A stretch of 63,959 nucleotides of DNA, filler included, from Thermodesulfobacteriota bacterium (GCA_036381125.1; 5 parts of 5 records of this genome joined end to end with filler, not necessarily neighbours in it); one strand, 5' to 3'; counted from the first letter of the whole stretch, positions 1 to 10,187 are shown. A program made the numbers and translations. The notes: a model not told the origin generated them from the sequence alone.

Positions 1-2
1 GT

Positions 3-737
3 ATGCGATCGCTCGATCTCCAGCCCGTCGATCTCCGGCCGGCCCCCCCGATGGCCGACAGGATCGCCGAGGCGCTCCGCGACGCGATCATCGCGGGCGC
101 GCTCGAGCCGGGGAGCCGCGTCAACGAATCGGAGATCGCCGCGCGCTACCGGATCAGCCGCTCGCCGGTGCGCGAGGCACTCCGCCTGCTGCAGCAGGAA
201 GGTCTCGTCGCCATGGAGCCGCGGCGGGGCGCGTTCGTGAAGCGCCTGACGCCGCAGGAAGTGGTAGACGTGTACGACGTGAAGAGCGTGCTCGAGGGGC
301 GAGCCACGGGGCTGGCCACGCGGCGCATGGCCGAGGTCGAACTCGACGGTCTGGCGGCGTGCGTCGCCCGGATGGAACGGGAGGTCGCGGCAGGCAACAT
401 GACGGCGTACGTCGACTCGACCCGGCAGTTCCACGAGATCATCGTGCGCGGCTCCGGCAACGCAACCCTCGCCGCCATCTACCAGGGCCTCGAGCGCAAG
501 ATCCACTGGCTGCGGACGCTGTCGCTGTCGCGGCCGGGGCGGGTCGAGGTGTCGCTCGCCGACCACCGCGCGATCCTCGACGCCATGCGGCAACGCGACG
601 CCCGCCGAGCCGAGGCGCTCGCCCACGCGCACATCGAGCAGGCGAGCCAGGACCTGCTGCCGCGCCTCGAGCGGCTGGCGGGCGACGCCCGACGCCTCGC
701 CCTCGACGTCACCAACCCCAACGTGAGGCCACGATGA
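3..737 (+). CDS. GntR/FadR family transcriptional regulator (FCD domain)
   Basis: N-terminal wHTH (ISRSPVREALRLL...GLV), FCD-type C-terminus (FHEII...EH/DHRAILDAM); ATGA overlap with the next gene. Confidence 0.92.
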   Translation: MRSLDLQPVDLRPAPPMADRIAEALRDAIIAGALEPGSRVNESEIAARYRISRSPVREALRLLQQEGLVAMEPRRGAFVKRLTPQEVVDVYDVKSVLEGRATGLATRRMAEVELDGLAACVARMEREVAAGNMTAYVDSTRQFHEIIVRGSGNATLAAIYQGLERKIHWLRTLSLSRPGRVEVSLADHRAILDAMRQRDARRAEALAHAHIEQASQDLLPRLERLAGDARRLALDVTNPNVRPR

Positions 738-2317
738 GTCTGACGAGAGAAGTCGCCCGGTTCGTCCACACCACTCGCCTCGCCGACATCCCGGCCGAGG
801 TCCAGACGCTCGCCAAGTCCTACATCCTCGATGGGCTCGGCGTCGCCCTCGCGGGCTCCACGGAGCCCTGCTGCAAGATCGCGCTCAAGCACTACCAGGC
901 GCAGGCGCCCAGGGGCCAGGCGTGGGTGATCGGCCAGCCGGTGCGGATGCCGGCGGAGACCGCGGCGTTCCTCAACGGCATGGCGGCGCACGCCATGGAC
1001 TACGACGACACCCAGTTGTCGACGTCGAAGGATGCCGTGTACGGCCTCCTCACGCACCCGACGACGCCGGTCCTCAACGCCGCCTGGGCGGCCGCCGAGG
1101 TGGCGGGCAAGGGGGGCAAGGAGCTGCTCGAGGCGTACATCCTCGGGGTCGAGATCGAGTGCCGGCTCTCCGACGCCATGAGCCCCAAGCACTACCAGAA
1201 CGGCTTCCACTCCACCGGCACCGTGGGGCACCTCGGCGCCGCCATGGCGGCCGGCAAGCTCCTCGACTGCACCGAGGACGAGCTGGTCCACGCGCTCGGG
1301 CTCGCGGCGAGCATGGCGGCCGGGCTTCGCGAGAACTTCGGGACGATGACCAAGCCGTTCCACGCCGGCCGGGCCGCCGGCAACGGCCTGCTCGCGGTCC
1401 TCCTCACGAAGCGCGGCTTCACCTCCACGGACGTGATCCTCGAGGCGCGCCGCGGCTTCTTCCACGCCTTCGGCCAGGGCAACCCGTACGAGGCCTCCAA
1501 GGTCGAGGGGCGGTTCGGCAGGCCGTACTTCTTCATCGAGCCGGGCATCGCGATCAAGCCGTACCCGTCGGGCTCGCTCTCGCACCCGGCCCAGGACGTG
1601 ATCCTCGAGCTGGTGAAGACGCACGACATCAAGCCGGACCAGGTCGAGAAGATCGACGTCGGCACCAACTCGAACATCCCCAACGCCCTCATCTACCCGA
1701 TGCCGACCACGGAGCTGGAGGGGAAGTTCTCCATCCCCTTCTGCATGGCCATCGCCGTCGTGGAGCGCAAGGCCGGCATCGCGCAGTTCACCACGGAGAA
1801 GGTGCGCGACCCGAGGGTCGTCGAGATCATGAAGCGCACCACCCTCTACGTGGATCCGGAGATGGAGCGGCTCGGCTTCGACCTGGCCCGCTCGGTCGTC
1901 AAGGTGCGCCTCACGGACGGCCGCGTCATCGAGGGGCGGGCCGACCGCGCGCACGGCACGCCGCCGGACCTGCTCTCCTTCGACCAGCTCGCCGAGAAGT
2001 TCCGCGACTGCGCGCGCCTCGCCGTGGCGAAGGAGCAGACGGAGCGGGCCGTCGAGGCGGTGCGCCACATCGAGACGGTCGGCCGGATCTCGGCCTTCCT
2101 GGGCGGGCTGGCCGGCAGGGCCGCCGCGCGGGCGGCCAGACCGGCGCGGTCCGCGGCCCGGAAGGCCGGCGCGAAGACGGCTGCGGCACGGAAGACCGCG
2201 AAGAAGGCCGCCCCGAAGAAGGCCGCCGCGAAGAGGGCCGCCCCGAAGAGGGCGCCGGCTCGAAAGGCCGCCGCGCGCAGGCCCGCCCGCCGCTCCGCGG
2301 CGTCGCGGAGCCGGTAG
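734..2317 (+). CDS. MmgE/PrpD family protein with Lys/Ala/Arg-rich histone-H1-like C-terminal tail
   Basis: ATG at 734 overlaps the GntR stop; AHAMDYDD, GFHSTG, KPFHAG, KPYPSG, KFS motifs; tail KKAAPKKAAAKRAAPKR. Confidence 0.9.
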   Translation: MSLTREVARFVHTTRLADIPAEVQTLAKSYILDGLGVALAGSTEPCCKIALKHYQAQAPRGQAWVIGQPVRMPAETAAFLNGMAAHAMDYDDTQLSTSKDAVYGLLTHPTTPVLNAAWAAAEVAGKGGKELLEAYILGVEIECRLSDAMSPKHYQNGFHSTGTVGHLGAAMAAGKLLDCTEDELVHALGLAASMAAGLRENFGTMTKPFHAGRAAGNGLLAVLLTKRGFTSTDVILEARRGFFHAFGQGNPYEASKVEGRFGRPYFFIEPGIAIKPYPSGSLSHPAQDVILELVKTHDIKPDQVEKIDVGTNSNIPNALIYPMPTTELEGKFSIPFCMAIAVVERKAGIAQFTTEKVRDPRVVEIMKRTTLYVDPEMERLGFDLARSVVKVRLTDGRVIEGRADRAHGTPPDLLSFDQLAEKFRDCARLAVAKEQTERAVEAVRHIETVGRISAFLGGLAGRAAARAARPARSAARKAGAKTAAARKTAKKAAPKKAAAKRAAPKRAPARKAAARRPARRSAASRSR

Positions 2318-2329
2318 GACGGGGGCCGC

Positions 2330-3700
2330 ATGCCGACCGCGTCCGAGCGACTGGCCGCGTTCGCCGCCGGACTCAGCCTCGACCGGGTGCCCCCGGAGGT
2401 CGCCGACAAGGCGCGCCTGGTCATGCTCGACACGGTCGGCATCGCGCTCGCGGCCTCGACGCGCGACTCCGGGCCGATGGCCATCGCGCTGGCCCGCCGG
2501 CTCGGGGGCAAGCCCGAGAGCCAGGTCATCGGCGCGCCCTTCAAGGTGTCGGCCGCGAACGCCGTGCTCGCCAACGGCACCACGGCTCACGGCCTCGACT
2601 ACGACGACACCCTCGAGGAGGGGATCATCCACGCCGGCTGCTGCGCCGCGACGACGGCGCTCGCGGTCGGCGAGGCGGTCGGCGCGTCGGGGCGCGCCGT
2701 CCTCGAGGCGGCGATCGCCGGCATCGAGGTCATGGGGACGCTCGGCGTCGTGGCGCCCGGCCGCTTCCACGCGCGCGGGTTCCACCCGACGTCGGTCACC
2801 TCCGCCTTCGGGGCGACGGCCGTCGCCGGGCGCCTCTACGGCCTCACGTCGGAGCAGCTCGTCCACGCCTTCGGCATCGCGGCCAGCCAGGCCAGCGGGA
2901 TCATCGAGTACCTCGCGGACGGCTCCTGGACCAAGCAGTTCCACCCCGGCTGGGGCGCGCACGGGGGGATCGTGGCGACGCTCCTCGCCCGGGAGGGGTT
3001 CAGGGCGCCGCGGACGGCCATCGACGGCGCGCGCGGCTTCTTCGCCGTCTTCGCGGGGAAGGAGGGGGTCGACCTGTCGCGGATCGAGGGGATCGGACGC
3101 GACTGGCTCCTGCCGAGGTTCGTCTTCAAGAGCTACCCGTGCGGCTCGATCTCGCACCCCTACATGGACTGCGCCCTGCGCATCCGGCAGCGTCACGCGC
3201 CGCGCCCCGCGGACATCGCCGAGGTCGTCTGCCGGACCCACGAGGGGCCGGTGCCCCGGCTCTGGGAACCGCTGGCCGACAAGCACCGCCCGGTGACCCC
3301 GTACGCCGCGAAGTTCAGCCTGCCGTACAGCATCGCCACCATCCTCGTGCGCGGCAGGGCGGGCATCGCCGAGTTCGAGGAGCCGGCCATCCGCGACCCC
3401 GAGGTGCTCGGGGTGGCGGGCCGGGTCCGGTACGTCGTCGACAACACCCTCGAATATCCGAAGCACTTTTCCGGTCACGTACGGGTGATCCTTCGGGACG
3501 GCCGCGTCCTCGAGGAGAACCAGGCACACCCCCGTGGGGGGCTCGAGGACCCGATCCCTCGGGAGGAGATCGAAGCCAAGTTCCGGGCCAACGCGGTCCT
3601 CGCCGTTCCGGCGGCGGCCGCGGATGCGACCATCGACCGGATGGCCCGGCTCGAGTCGCTGCCGGATGTCGCCTCCCTCGCGTCCCTCTGGGCGCGATAG
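2330..3700 (+). CDS. MmgE/PrpD family protein
   Basis: AHGLDYDD, GFHPT, KQFHPG, KSYPCG, AKFSLPY motifs. Confidence 0.92.
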   Translation: MPTASERLAAFAAGLSLDRVPPEVADKARLVMLDTVGIALAASTRDSGPMAIALARRLGGKPESQVIGAPFKVSAANAVLANGTTAHGLDYDDTLEEGIIHAGCCAATTALAVGEAVGASGRAVLEAAIAGIEVMGTLGVVAPGRFHARGFHPTSVTSAFGATAVAGRLYGLTSEQLVHAFGIAASQASGIIEYLADGSWTKQFHPGWGAHGGIVATLLAREGFRAPRTAIDGARGFFAVFAGKEGVDLSRIEGIGRDWLLPRFVFKSYPCGSISHPYMDCALRIRQRHAPRPADIAEVVCRTHEGPVPRLWEPLADKHRPVTPYAAKFSLPYSIATILVRGRAGIAEFEEPAIRDPEVLGVAGRVRYVVDNTLEYPKHFSGHVRVILRDGRVLEENQAHPRGGLEDPIPREEIEAKFRANAVLAVPAAAADATIDRMARLESLPDVASLASLWAR

Positions 3701-3733
3701 GCGGCGGCGGACGCGGAACAGGAGGAAGGTGGT

Positions 3734-4699
3734 ATGCAGCGAATGACGAAGGCGGTCCTCGCCGCGGTCATCGGGGCGGCGCTTGCCGTCACCCCCCTGG
3801 CCTCGGCGCAGGAGAAGTACCCCTCGAAGCCGATCGTGCTGGTCACGCACTCGAGCCCGGGCGCCGGCGGCGACATCTTCCTGCGCCAGCTCGGCAAGCA
3901 CCTCGAGCCGATCCTCGGGCAGCCCATCGTGGTCGAGAACGTCAGGGGCGGCGCGTCGGCCAAGGCCGTCTCCTACGTCGCGACGTCGAAGCCGGACGGC
4001 TACACGCTGTACGGCTCCACGCCGACCATGCTCCAGACGCCGCTCCTCACCACCACGCAGCACTCGTACAAGGACCTCAAGCCGGTCGCCAACGTCTTCC
4101 TCGACCCGATGGTCCTGTACGTCAAGGCCGACAGCCCCTACAAGTCCCTCAAGGACGCGGTCGAGGACGCGCGCCGCAACCCCGGCAAGAAGAAGTGGGG
4201 GGCGGCCACGCCCGGCTCGGTCGAGCACATGCTCGTCCACAACATGGCGAAGACCGCGAAGATCAAGGTCACCCCGGTCACGTTCGAAGGGGGCGGCGAC
4301 CTGCTCGTCGCGGTCCTCGGCGGCGCGGTCGACCTCGGCATCGGCGAGCCGGGCGAGCTGGTCTCGCAGGTCGAGGGCAAGCAGGTGCGCGTCCTCGCGT
4401 CCTTCACCGACCAGCCGCTGCCCGGCGCCGACTACCCGACGGCCAAGCAGCAGGGCTTCGACATCGTGGTCGTGAAGTTCCGCGGCCTGCTCGGCCCGAA
4501 GGGGATGCCGGACCAGGCGGTTCGGACGATCGAGAACGCCGTCAAGAAGGCGCTCGAGTCGCCGGAGTACAAGCGGTACATCGAGCAGGTGAAGCTGATC
4601 CCCACGTTCATGAACTCGGAGGACTACCAGAAGTTCCTCGACGACATGAACCGGCAGCTCACCGAGTACCTGCAGGAGATCGGGGTCAAGAAGAGCTGA
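3734..4699 (+). CDS. tctC: Tripartite tricarboxylate transporter substrate-binding protein (TctC/Bug)
   Basis: Signal peptide; YPSKPI..., SPGAGGD, VVEN..GG, PDGYTL motifs; AGGAGG RBS. Confidence 0.9.
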   Translation: MQRMTKAVLAAVIGAALAVTPLASAQEKYPSKPIVLVTHSSPGAGGDIFLRQLGKHLEPILGQPIVVENVRGGASAKAVSYVATSKPDGYTLYGSTPTMLQTPLLTTTQHSYKDLKPVANVFLDPMVLYVKADSPYKSLKDAVEDARRNPGKKKWGAATPGSVEHMLVHNMAKTAKIKVTPVTFEGGGDLLVAVLGGAVDLGIGEPGELVSQVEGKQVRVLASFTDQPLPGADYPTAKQQGFDIVVVKFRGLLGPKGMPDQAVRTIENAVKKALESPEYKRYIEQVKLIPTFMNSEDYQKFLDDMNRQLTEYLQEIGVKKS

Positions 4700-4800
4700 C
4701 CCGATCCGGCGGCGGGACCGGCGGACGGCCGGCCCCGCCGCTCCTCTGCCAACGCGTTCTCGACCCGGCACGCACACCCGAGCACAGGAGCACGCCATCC

Positions 4801-5259
4801 ATGGCCCTCGTCGATCGCCTGACCGGTCTCCTCCTGGTGGCGCTCGCGGTCGGCTACTACCGTCTGGCCGGCGAGATCGAGGTCGGTCTCGCGAGTGACC
4901 TCCTCGGGCCGCAGTACTTCCCGAAGCTCCTCGCCGTGGCGCTCGGCCTGGCGAGCGCGTGGCTCGTCGTCCGGTCGTTCGGGCCGGCCGCGCGCCGCGC
5001 CGAGCCGGTGCGGGGCGAGGCCGAGCGGCTCGCCAACCTCTGGATCGCGCTCGGGCTCACCGTCGTCTACCTGATCCTGCTGCCGCGCGTGGGGTTCCTC
5101 CTCGTCACCCCGGTGCTCCTCGGAGCGTTCATCTGGGTGCTCGGCTACCGCCGGTGGGTCCCCCTCGTCGGCACGGCCGTCGGGGTGAGCGTGGCGCTGT
5201 GGGTCGTCTTCGCCTGGCTCCTCGGGGTCCGGCTGCCGCCGGGCCTCCTGGACGCCTAG
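4801..5259 (+). CDS. tctB: Tripartite tricarboxylate transporter TctB
   Basis: Four hydrophobic segments, GPQYFP and terminal LGVRLPPG motifs; lies between tctC and tctA. Confidence 0.88.
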   Translation: MALVDRLTGLLLVALAVGYYRLAGEIEVGLASDLLGPQYFPKLLAVALGLASAWLVVRSFGPAARRAEPVRGEAERLANLWIALGLTVVYLILLPRVGFLLVTPVLLGAFIWVLGYRRWVPLVGTAVGVSVALWVVFAWLLGVRLPPGLLDA

Positions 5260-5273
5260 GAGCCGGAGGCCTC

Positions 5274-6770
5274 GTGCTCGAGTTCTTCGCCATCGGATTC
5301 GCCGAGGCGCTGAAGCCGTACTCGCTCCTGGCGATGACGGCCGGCGTCACCTGGGGCATCATCGGCGGCGCGCTGCCCGGCATCTCGGGCTCGATCGCCA
5401 TGGCGCTCCTGCTGCCGTTCACCTTCGGCATGCCGTCCTCGGCGGCGCTCATGATGCTCGCCGGGGTCTACATCGGCGCCATGTACGGCGGGTCGATCAC
5501 CGCGATCCTCATCCGCACCCCCGGCACGCCCGGCGCGGCCATCACGATCATCGACGGCTACGAGCTGCAGCGGCGGGGCGAGGGGGCCAGGGCGCTCGGC
5601 GTCTCGCTCGTGACCGGCTTCTTCGGCGGCGTGGCGAGCGTCTTCATCCTCATCTTCCTGGCGATCCCGCTGTCGCGGGTGGCGCTCGCCTTCCAGGCGG
5701 CGGAGTACTTCGCGCTCGGCTTCTTCGGCCTCTGCCTCATCTCGAGCCTCGCCGGCAAGGAGCAGCTCAAGGGGCTCATCTCCGGCCTCATCGGGCTCAT
5801 GTTCGCGACGGTCGGGACCGACCCGTTCTCGGGCACCCCCCGCTTCACGCTCGGCAACATCAACCTCATCGGCGGCATCGAGCCGATCGTCGCCATCATC
5901 GGGCTCTTCGCCGTCTCCGAGATCTTCCAGCAGGTCACGGAGACCACGGCGTGGGAGAAGTTCAGGGGCAAGGCGCGCACGGCGCTGCCGACCTGGTCGG
6001 AACTCCGGCGCCTCACCCCGGCGATGGTCATCGGCACGATCGTCGGCACCCTCGAAGGGCTCCTGCCGGGCGGCGGCGGCTCGGTCGCGTCCTTCATCGC
6101 CTACAACGAGGCCCGGCGCTGGTCGAAGCACCCCGAGGAGTTCGGACAGGGCTCCATCGAGGGGGTCGCGGCGCCGGAGACGGCAAACAACGTCGTCACC
6201 GGGACCGCCCTGATCCCGCTCCTCACCTTCGGCATCCCGGGCTCGAACTCGGCGGCGATCTTCCTCGGCGCGATGATGCTCCACGAGCTCCTGCCGGGGC
6301 CGACGCTCTTCGAGAAGCGTCCGGAGGTGGTCTACGGGCTCTTCGCGAGCCTGCTCATCTCGAACGTCCTCATGCTCGTCATCGGCTACCTCGTCCTCAA
6401 GCCGTGCGTCCGGCTCGTGAACGTGCCCAAGCCGCTCCTGCTCAGCGGGATCCTCGGCCTCGTCCTGGTCGGCGCCTACTCGGTGACGAGCGACATCTTC
6501 AACGTCTGGCTCGTCCTCGGGATGGGGCTCCTCGGGTACCTCATGCGGCGCTACCACTTCAACGTCCTCGCGGCGGTCCTCGGGCTCGTGCTCGGCTTCA
6601 TGGTGGAGGTGAACTTCCGCCGGGCGCTGGTGCTGTCGGGCGGCGACTACCTGACGTTCGTCGAGCGCCCGATCAGCGCGGTCCTCCTCTTCTTCGCGTT
6701 CGTCACGCTGCTCTTGCCGCTCTGGCGGCGCTTCCGGGAGCTGAAGGAGCAGGCGGGCGAGGCGGCGTAG
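5274..6770 (+). CDS. tctA: Tripartite tricarboxylate transporter permease TctA
   Basis: GALPGIS, YGGSITAILIRTPGTP, APETANN, GIPGS motifs; GTG start after GGAGG. Confidence 0.93.
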   Translation: MLEFFAIGFAEALKPYSLLAMTAGVTWGIIGGALPGISGSIAMALLLPFTFGMPSSAALMMLAGVYIGAMYGGSITAILIRTPGTPGAAITIIDGYELQRRGEGARALGVSLVTGFFGGVASVFILIFLAIPLSRVALAFQAAEYFALGFFGLCLISSLAGKEQLKGLISGLIGLMFATVGTDPFSGTPRFTLGNINLIGGIEPIVAIIGLFAVSEIFQQVTETTAWEKFRGKARTALPTWSELRRLTPAMVIGTIVGTLEGLLPGGGGSVASFIAYNEARRWSKHPEEFGQGSIEGVAAPETANNVVTGTALIPLLTFGIPGSNSAAIFLGAMMLHELLPGPTLFEKRPEVVYGLFASLLISNVLMLVIGYLVLKPCVRLVNVPKPLLLSGILGLVLVGAYSVTSDIFNVWLVLGMGLLGYLMRRYHFNVLAAVLGLVLGFMVEVNFRRALVLSGGDYLTFVERPISAVLLFFAFVTLLLPLWRRFRELKEQAGEAA

Positions 6771-6772
6771 CG

Positions 6773-8179
6773 ATGAGCACCCTGGCCGAGCGTCTCGCCG
6801 CAGCCGCCGTCGGGACGCGGTGGGCGGACATCCCCGCGGAGGTCGTCGCGAAGGCGAAGCTCTGCACCCTGGACCAGCTCGGCGTCGTCCTGGCCGCCTG
6901 GCCCGAGGCGTCGACGCAGGCGCTCTGGGCGCACGTGCAGGAGATGGGGGTGGGGGAGCCGCAGGCGACGGTGATCGGCTCCGGGCGGCGCGCCTCGGTC
7001 GCGCACGCGACCCTCCTCAACGCCGCCATGGGCCACTCGCTCGAGCTCGAGGACCACCACAGCCACAGCCGATCGCTCAACCACCCCGGCGTCTGCTCCA
7101 TCCCGCCGGCGCTCGCCATGGGCGAGTGGCGGCGCGCGGCCGGCCGCGACGTGCTCCGGGCCATCGTCCTCGGCTACGAGGTGGGCAGCCGCCTCTCCCG
7201 CGCGATCCCGTACCCCGGCTTCTTCAACTTCGAGCGGGGCTTCCACGAGACCTCGGTGCTGGGGCCGTTCTCGGCCGCCACGGTGACCGCCGCGCTCGAC
7301 GGCCTCGACGCCGGCCGGCTCGCCCACGCCTTCGGGCTGGCCGGCTCGCTCGCGGCCGGGTCGACCGAGTTCAAGGCCAACGGCGCCTTCAGCAAGCGGC
7401 TCCAGGTCGGCGCCGCGGCGGAGCGAGGGGTCCTCGCGGCGCGACTCGCCGCCCGCGGGTTCACCGGGCCGCTCACGGTCTTCGAGGGGAAGCACGGCTT
7501 CTTCAACGCCTACGCGCTCGAGGGGAACTACGACCTCGGGCCGGTGCTCGCCCGGTGGGGGATCGACTGGGAGCTGCCGCACATCCAGTTCAAGCCGTTC
7601 GGCTGCGCGGGCGTCCTCCACTCGGCGGTCACGGCGGCGAGCCTCGCGTACGAGCGCTGCCGGCCGGCGCCGGAGGCGATCGCCGGCGTCACGGTGCACA
7701 CGAGCCGCAAGCTGATCGAGGAGTACGCCGAGCCGCTCGCGGCGAGGCGGCGCCCGCGGCACTCGGTCGAGGCGCAGTTCAGCCTCCCCTACTCGGTGGC
7801 GGTCATGCTCGTCACCGGCCGCGCCCTCGTGGAGGAGTTCACGCCGCGCTGGTTCGAGGACCCGGCCGTCCTCGGGGTCGCCGCGAAGGTCGACGTCGCC
7901 GTCGACCCGGAGATCGACCGCGACTGGCCGAAGAAGGACCCGACGCGCCTGACGCTCCGGCTGGTCGACGGCCGCGTGGTGGAGGTGCGCACCGAGCAGG
8001 CCAAGGGGGAGGCCGCCATGCCGGTGACCGAGGCCGAGGTCCTCGAGAAGTTCCGGCGCCTCGTCGAGCCGGCGCTCGGCCGCGAGGCTGCGCAGCGGGC
8101 CGTCGACCTCGTGTTGCGCCTCGAGACGCTTGCCGACCTCTCCGACCTCATGGCCCTCTTCCGTGGAGCTGCTCGATGA
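6773..8179 (+). CDS. MmgE/PrpD family protein
   Basis: HSLELEDHH...NHPG, GFHETS, FKPFGC, QFSLPY motifs. Confidence 0.88.
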   Translation: MSTLAERLAAAAVGTRWADIPAEVVAKAKLCTLDQLGVVLAAWPEASTQALWAHVQEMGVGEPQATVIGSGRRASVAHATLLNAAMGHSLELEDHHSHSRSLNHPGVCSIPPALAMGEWRRAAGRDVLRAIVLGYEVGSRLSRAIPYPGFFNFERGFHETSVLGPFSAATVTAALDGLDAGRLAHAFGLAGSLAAGSTEFKANGAFSKRLQVGAAAERGVLAARLAARGFTGPLTVFEGKHGFFNAYALEGNYDLGPVLARWGIDWELPHIQFKPFGCAGVLHSAVTAASLAYERCRPAPEAIAGVTVHTSRKLIEEYAEPLAARRRPRHSVEAQFSLPYSVAVMLVTGRALVEEFTPRWFEDPAVLGVAAKVDVAVDPEIDRDWPKKDPTRLTLRLVDGRVVEVRTEQAKGEAAMPVTEAEVLEKFRRLVEPALGREAAQRAVDLVLRLETLADLSDLMALFRGAAR

Positions 8180-10107
8180 CCCCCAGGACCCTCGTCCAGA
8201 AGATCCTCGCCACGCACGGAGCCGACCGCCCGCTCGAGCCGGGCGACGAGGTGACGATCTCGGTCGACCAGAGCCTGATCCACGACGGCACCGGCGTCGC
8301 GGTCGGGCTCCACCTCGAGTCGATGAACGTCGACCGCGTCCGCCCGCGGGTCGCCGTCTGCTACGTCGACCATCAGCTCGTCCAGATCGGCACGGAGAGC
8401 AACAACGACCACCGCTACCTCGAGTCGGTCTCGGCGCGCTTCGGCCTGCGCTACTCGCGCGCCGGCAACGGGATCTGCCACCAGGTCCACCTCGAACGCT
8501 TCGCGGTGCCGGGCGACGTCCTCGTGGGCGGTGACAGCCACACGCCGATGGGGGGCGGCATGGGGATGCTCTCGATCGGCGTGGGGAGCCTCGACACGGC
8601 CGTCGCCCTCGCGACGGGCCGCTACGTCCTGCCGGTGCCGCGGACCATCCGCATCACGCTCGAGGGGCGACTCGCGCCCTGGGTGTCGGCCAAGGACGTG
8701 GTCCTCGAGGTCCTCAGGCGGCTCACCGTGAAGGGCGGCGTCGGCGCGATCCTCGAGTACGGCGGTCCCGGCGTGGCGACCCTCTCGGTGCCCGAGCGCG
8801 GCACGATCGCCAACATGGCGGTGGAGCTCGGCGCGACGACCGCCATCTTCCCGAGCGACGAGCGGACGCGGGAGTTCCTCGCGGCGCAGGGCCGGGCCGC
8901 CGACTACCGCCCGCTCGAAGCCGACCCGGGGGCGCGCTACGACCAGGAGATCGTGATCGACCTCGGGGGGCTCGTGCCGCTCGTGGCGAAGCCGCCGTCG
9001 CCCGACGCGGTCGTGCCGGTGTCGGAGGTGGAGGGGACGCCGATCCAGCAGGTCGCGGTCGGCTCCTGCACCAACTCGTCGTACCGCGACCTGATGACCG
9101 TCGTGAGCGTGCTGAAGGGCCGCCGCATTGCCCCCTCGATCGACGTGGCGCTCGCCCCCGGCTCGCGGCAGGTGCTCCAGATGCTCGCCCGCAACGGCGG
9201 GCTCGCCGACCTCCTCGACGCCGGTGCGCGGATCCTCGAGAGCGGCTGCGGTCCCTGCCCGGGCATGGGGCAGGTGCCGGCGTCCGGCTCGGTGTCGCTG
9301 CGGACGTTCAACCGGAACTTCGCGGGGCGGTGCGGCTCTCACGAGGTCTCCGTCTACCTCGCCTCGCCGGAGACCGCGGTGGCGAGCGCGCTCGAAGGGG
9401 TCATCCGCGACCCCCGGCGGCTCGGCGAGCCGCCCCGGATCGCGGTCCCCGCGGCCTTCATCGTCGACGACTCGCACATCACGCCGCCGCCGGCCGACGG
9501 GCAGGGCGTGCCGCTCGTCCGAGGCGACAGCATCAAGCCGCTCCCGGTCACCCGTCCGGTGGAGGACACCCTGACCGGAGAGGTCCTCCTCAAGCTCCCG
9601 GACGACATCAACACCGACGACATCTCCCCCTCGGGCGCGCGCCTCATGCCCCTGCGCAGCAACATCCCGGCACTGTCGGAGTACACGTTCCGGTCCTTCG
9701 ACCCGACGTTCCCCGCTCGCGCCAGGGCGGCCGGCGGCGGCATCGTGGTGAGCGGGGCCAACTACGGCCAGGGGTCGAGCCGCGAGTCGGCCGCGCTGCA
9801 GACGCTCCACCTCGGCATCCGTGCGGTGATCGCGAAGAGCTTCGCGCGGATCCACCGGTCGAACCTGATCAACTTCGCAGTCGCGCCGCTCGTCTTCGGC
9901 GACGAGGCGGGGTACGACGCGGTGGCGCAGGGTGACCGCCTTCGGATCGACGGGCTGGCCGAGGCGCTGCGAGAGGGGCGCGAGACCGTCATGGTGGCGA
10001 ACGAGACGCGCGGCACCCGCTTCCCGGTGCGCCTGGCCTTCACGCCGCGCGAGCGGGGCGTGCTGGTTGCCGGCGGGCTCAGGGCCTACCTGGCGAGCGC
10101 GGCCTGA
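8176..10107 (+). CDS. Aconitase-family hydratase (fused large and swivel domains)
   Basis: GNGICHQVHLE, GDSHT, GSCTN, GCGPC, RTFNRNF, NYGQGSSRE, SFARIH motifs. Confidence 0.92.
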   Translation: MTPRTLVQKILATHGADRPLEPGDEVTISVDQSLIHDGTGVAVGLHLESMNVDRVRPRVAVCYVDHQLVQIGTESNNDHRYLESVSARFGLRYSRAGNGICHQVHLERFAVPGDVLVGGDSHTPMGGGMGMLSIGVGSLDTAVALATGRYVLPVPRTIRITLEGRLAPWVSAKDVVLEVLRRLTVKGGVGAILEYGGPGVATLSVPERGTIANMAVELGATTAIFPSDERTREFLAAQGRAADYRPLEADPGARYDQEIVIDLGGLVPLVAKPPSPDAVVPVSEVEGTPIQQVAVGSCTNSSYRDLMTVVSVLKGRRIAPSIDVALAPGSRQVLQMLARNGGLADLLDAGARILESGCGPCPGMGQVPASGSVSLRTFNRNFAGRCGSHEVSVYLASPETAVASALEGVIRDPRRLGEPPRIAVPAAFIVDDSHITPPPADGQGVPLVRGDSIKPLPVTRPVEDTLTGEVLLKLPDDINTDDISPSGARLMPLRSNIPALSEYTFRSFDPTFPARARAAGGGIVVSGANYGQGSSRESAALQTLHLGIRAVIAKSFARIHRSNLINFAVAPLVFGDEAGYDAVAQGDRLRIDGLAEALREGRETVMVANETRGTRFPVRLAFTPRERGVLVAGGLRAYLASAA

Positions 10108-10187
10108 CGCTCGCCCGGCGGCACGTCGTGAGCCGGGCCACCGTTCCGCGGACGCGGCGCGCTAGACTCGGGCTTCGAGGAGGAGCC

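Noticed and set aside
4705-4745. GC hairpin after tctC as a terminator
   Set aside because: Imperfect stem, no U-tract, and mid-operon; at most an mRNA-stabilising structure.
734-10107. Methylcitrate cycle (prp) operon
   Set aside because: No methylcitrate synthase or methylisocitrate lyase, and the PrpD-fold proteins are divergent; gene symbols withheld.
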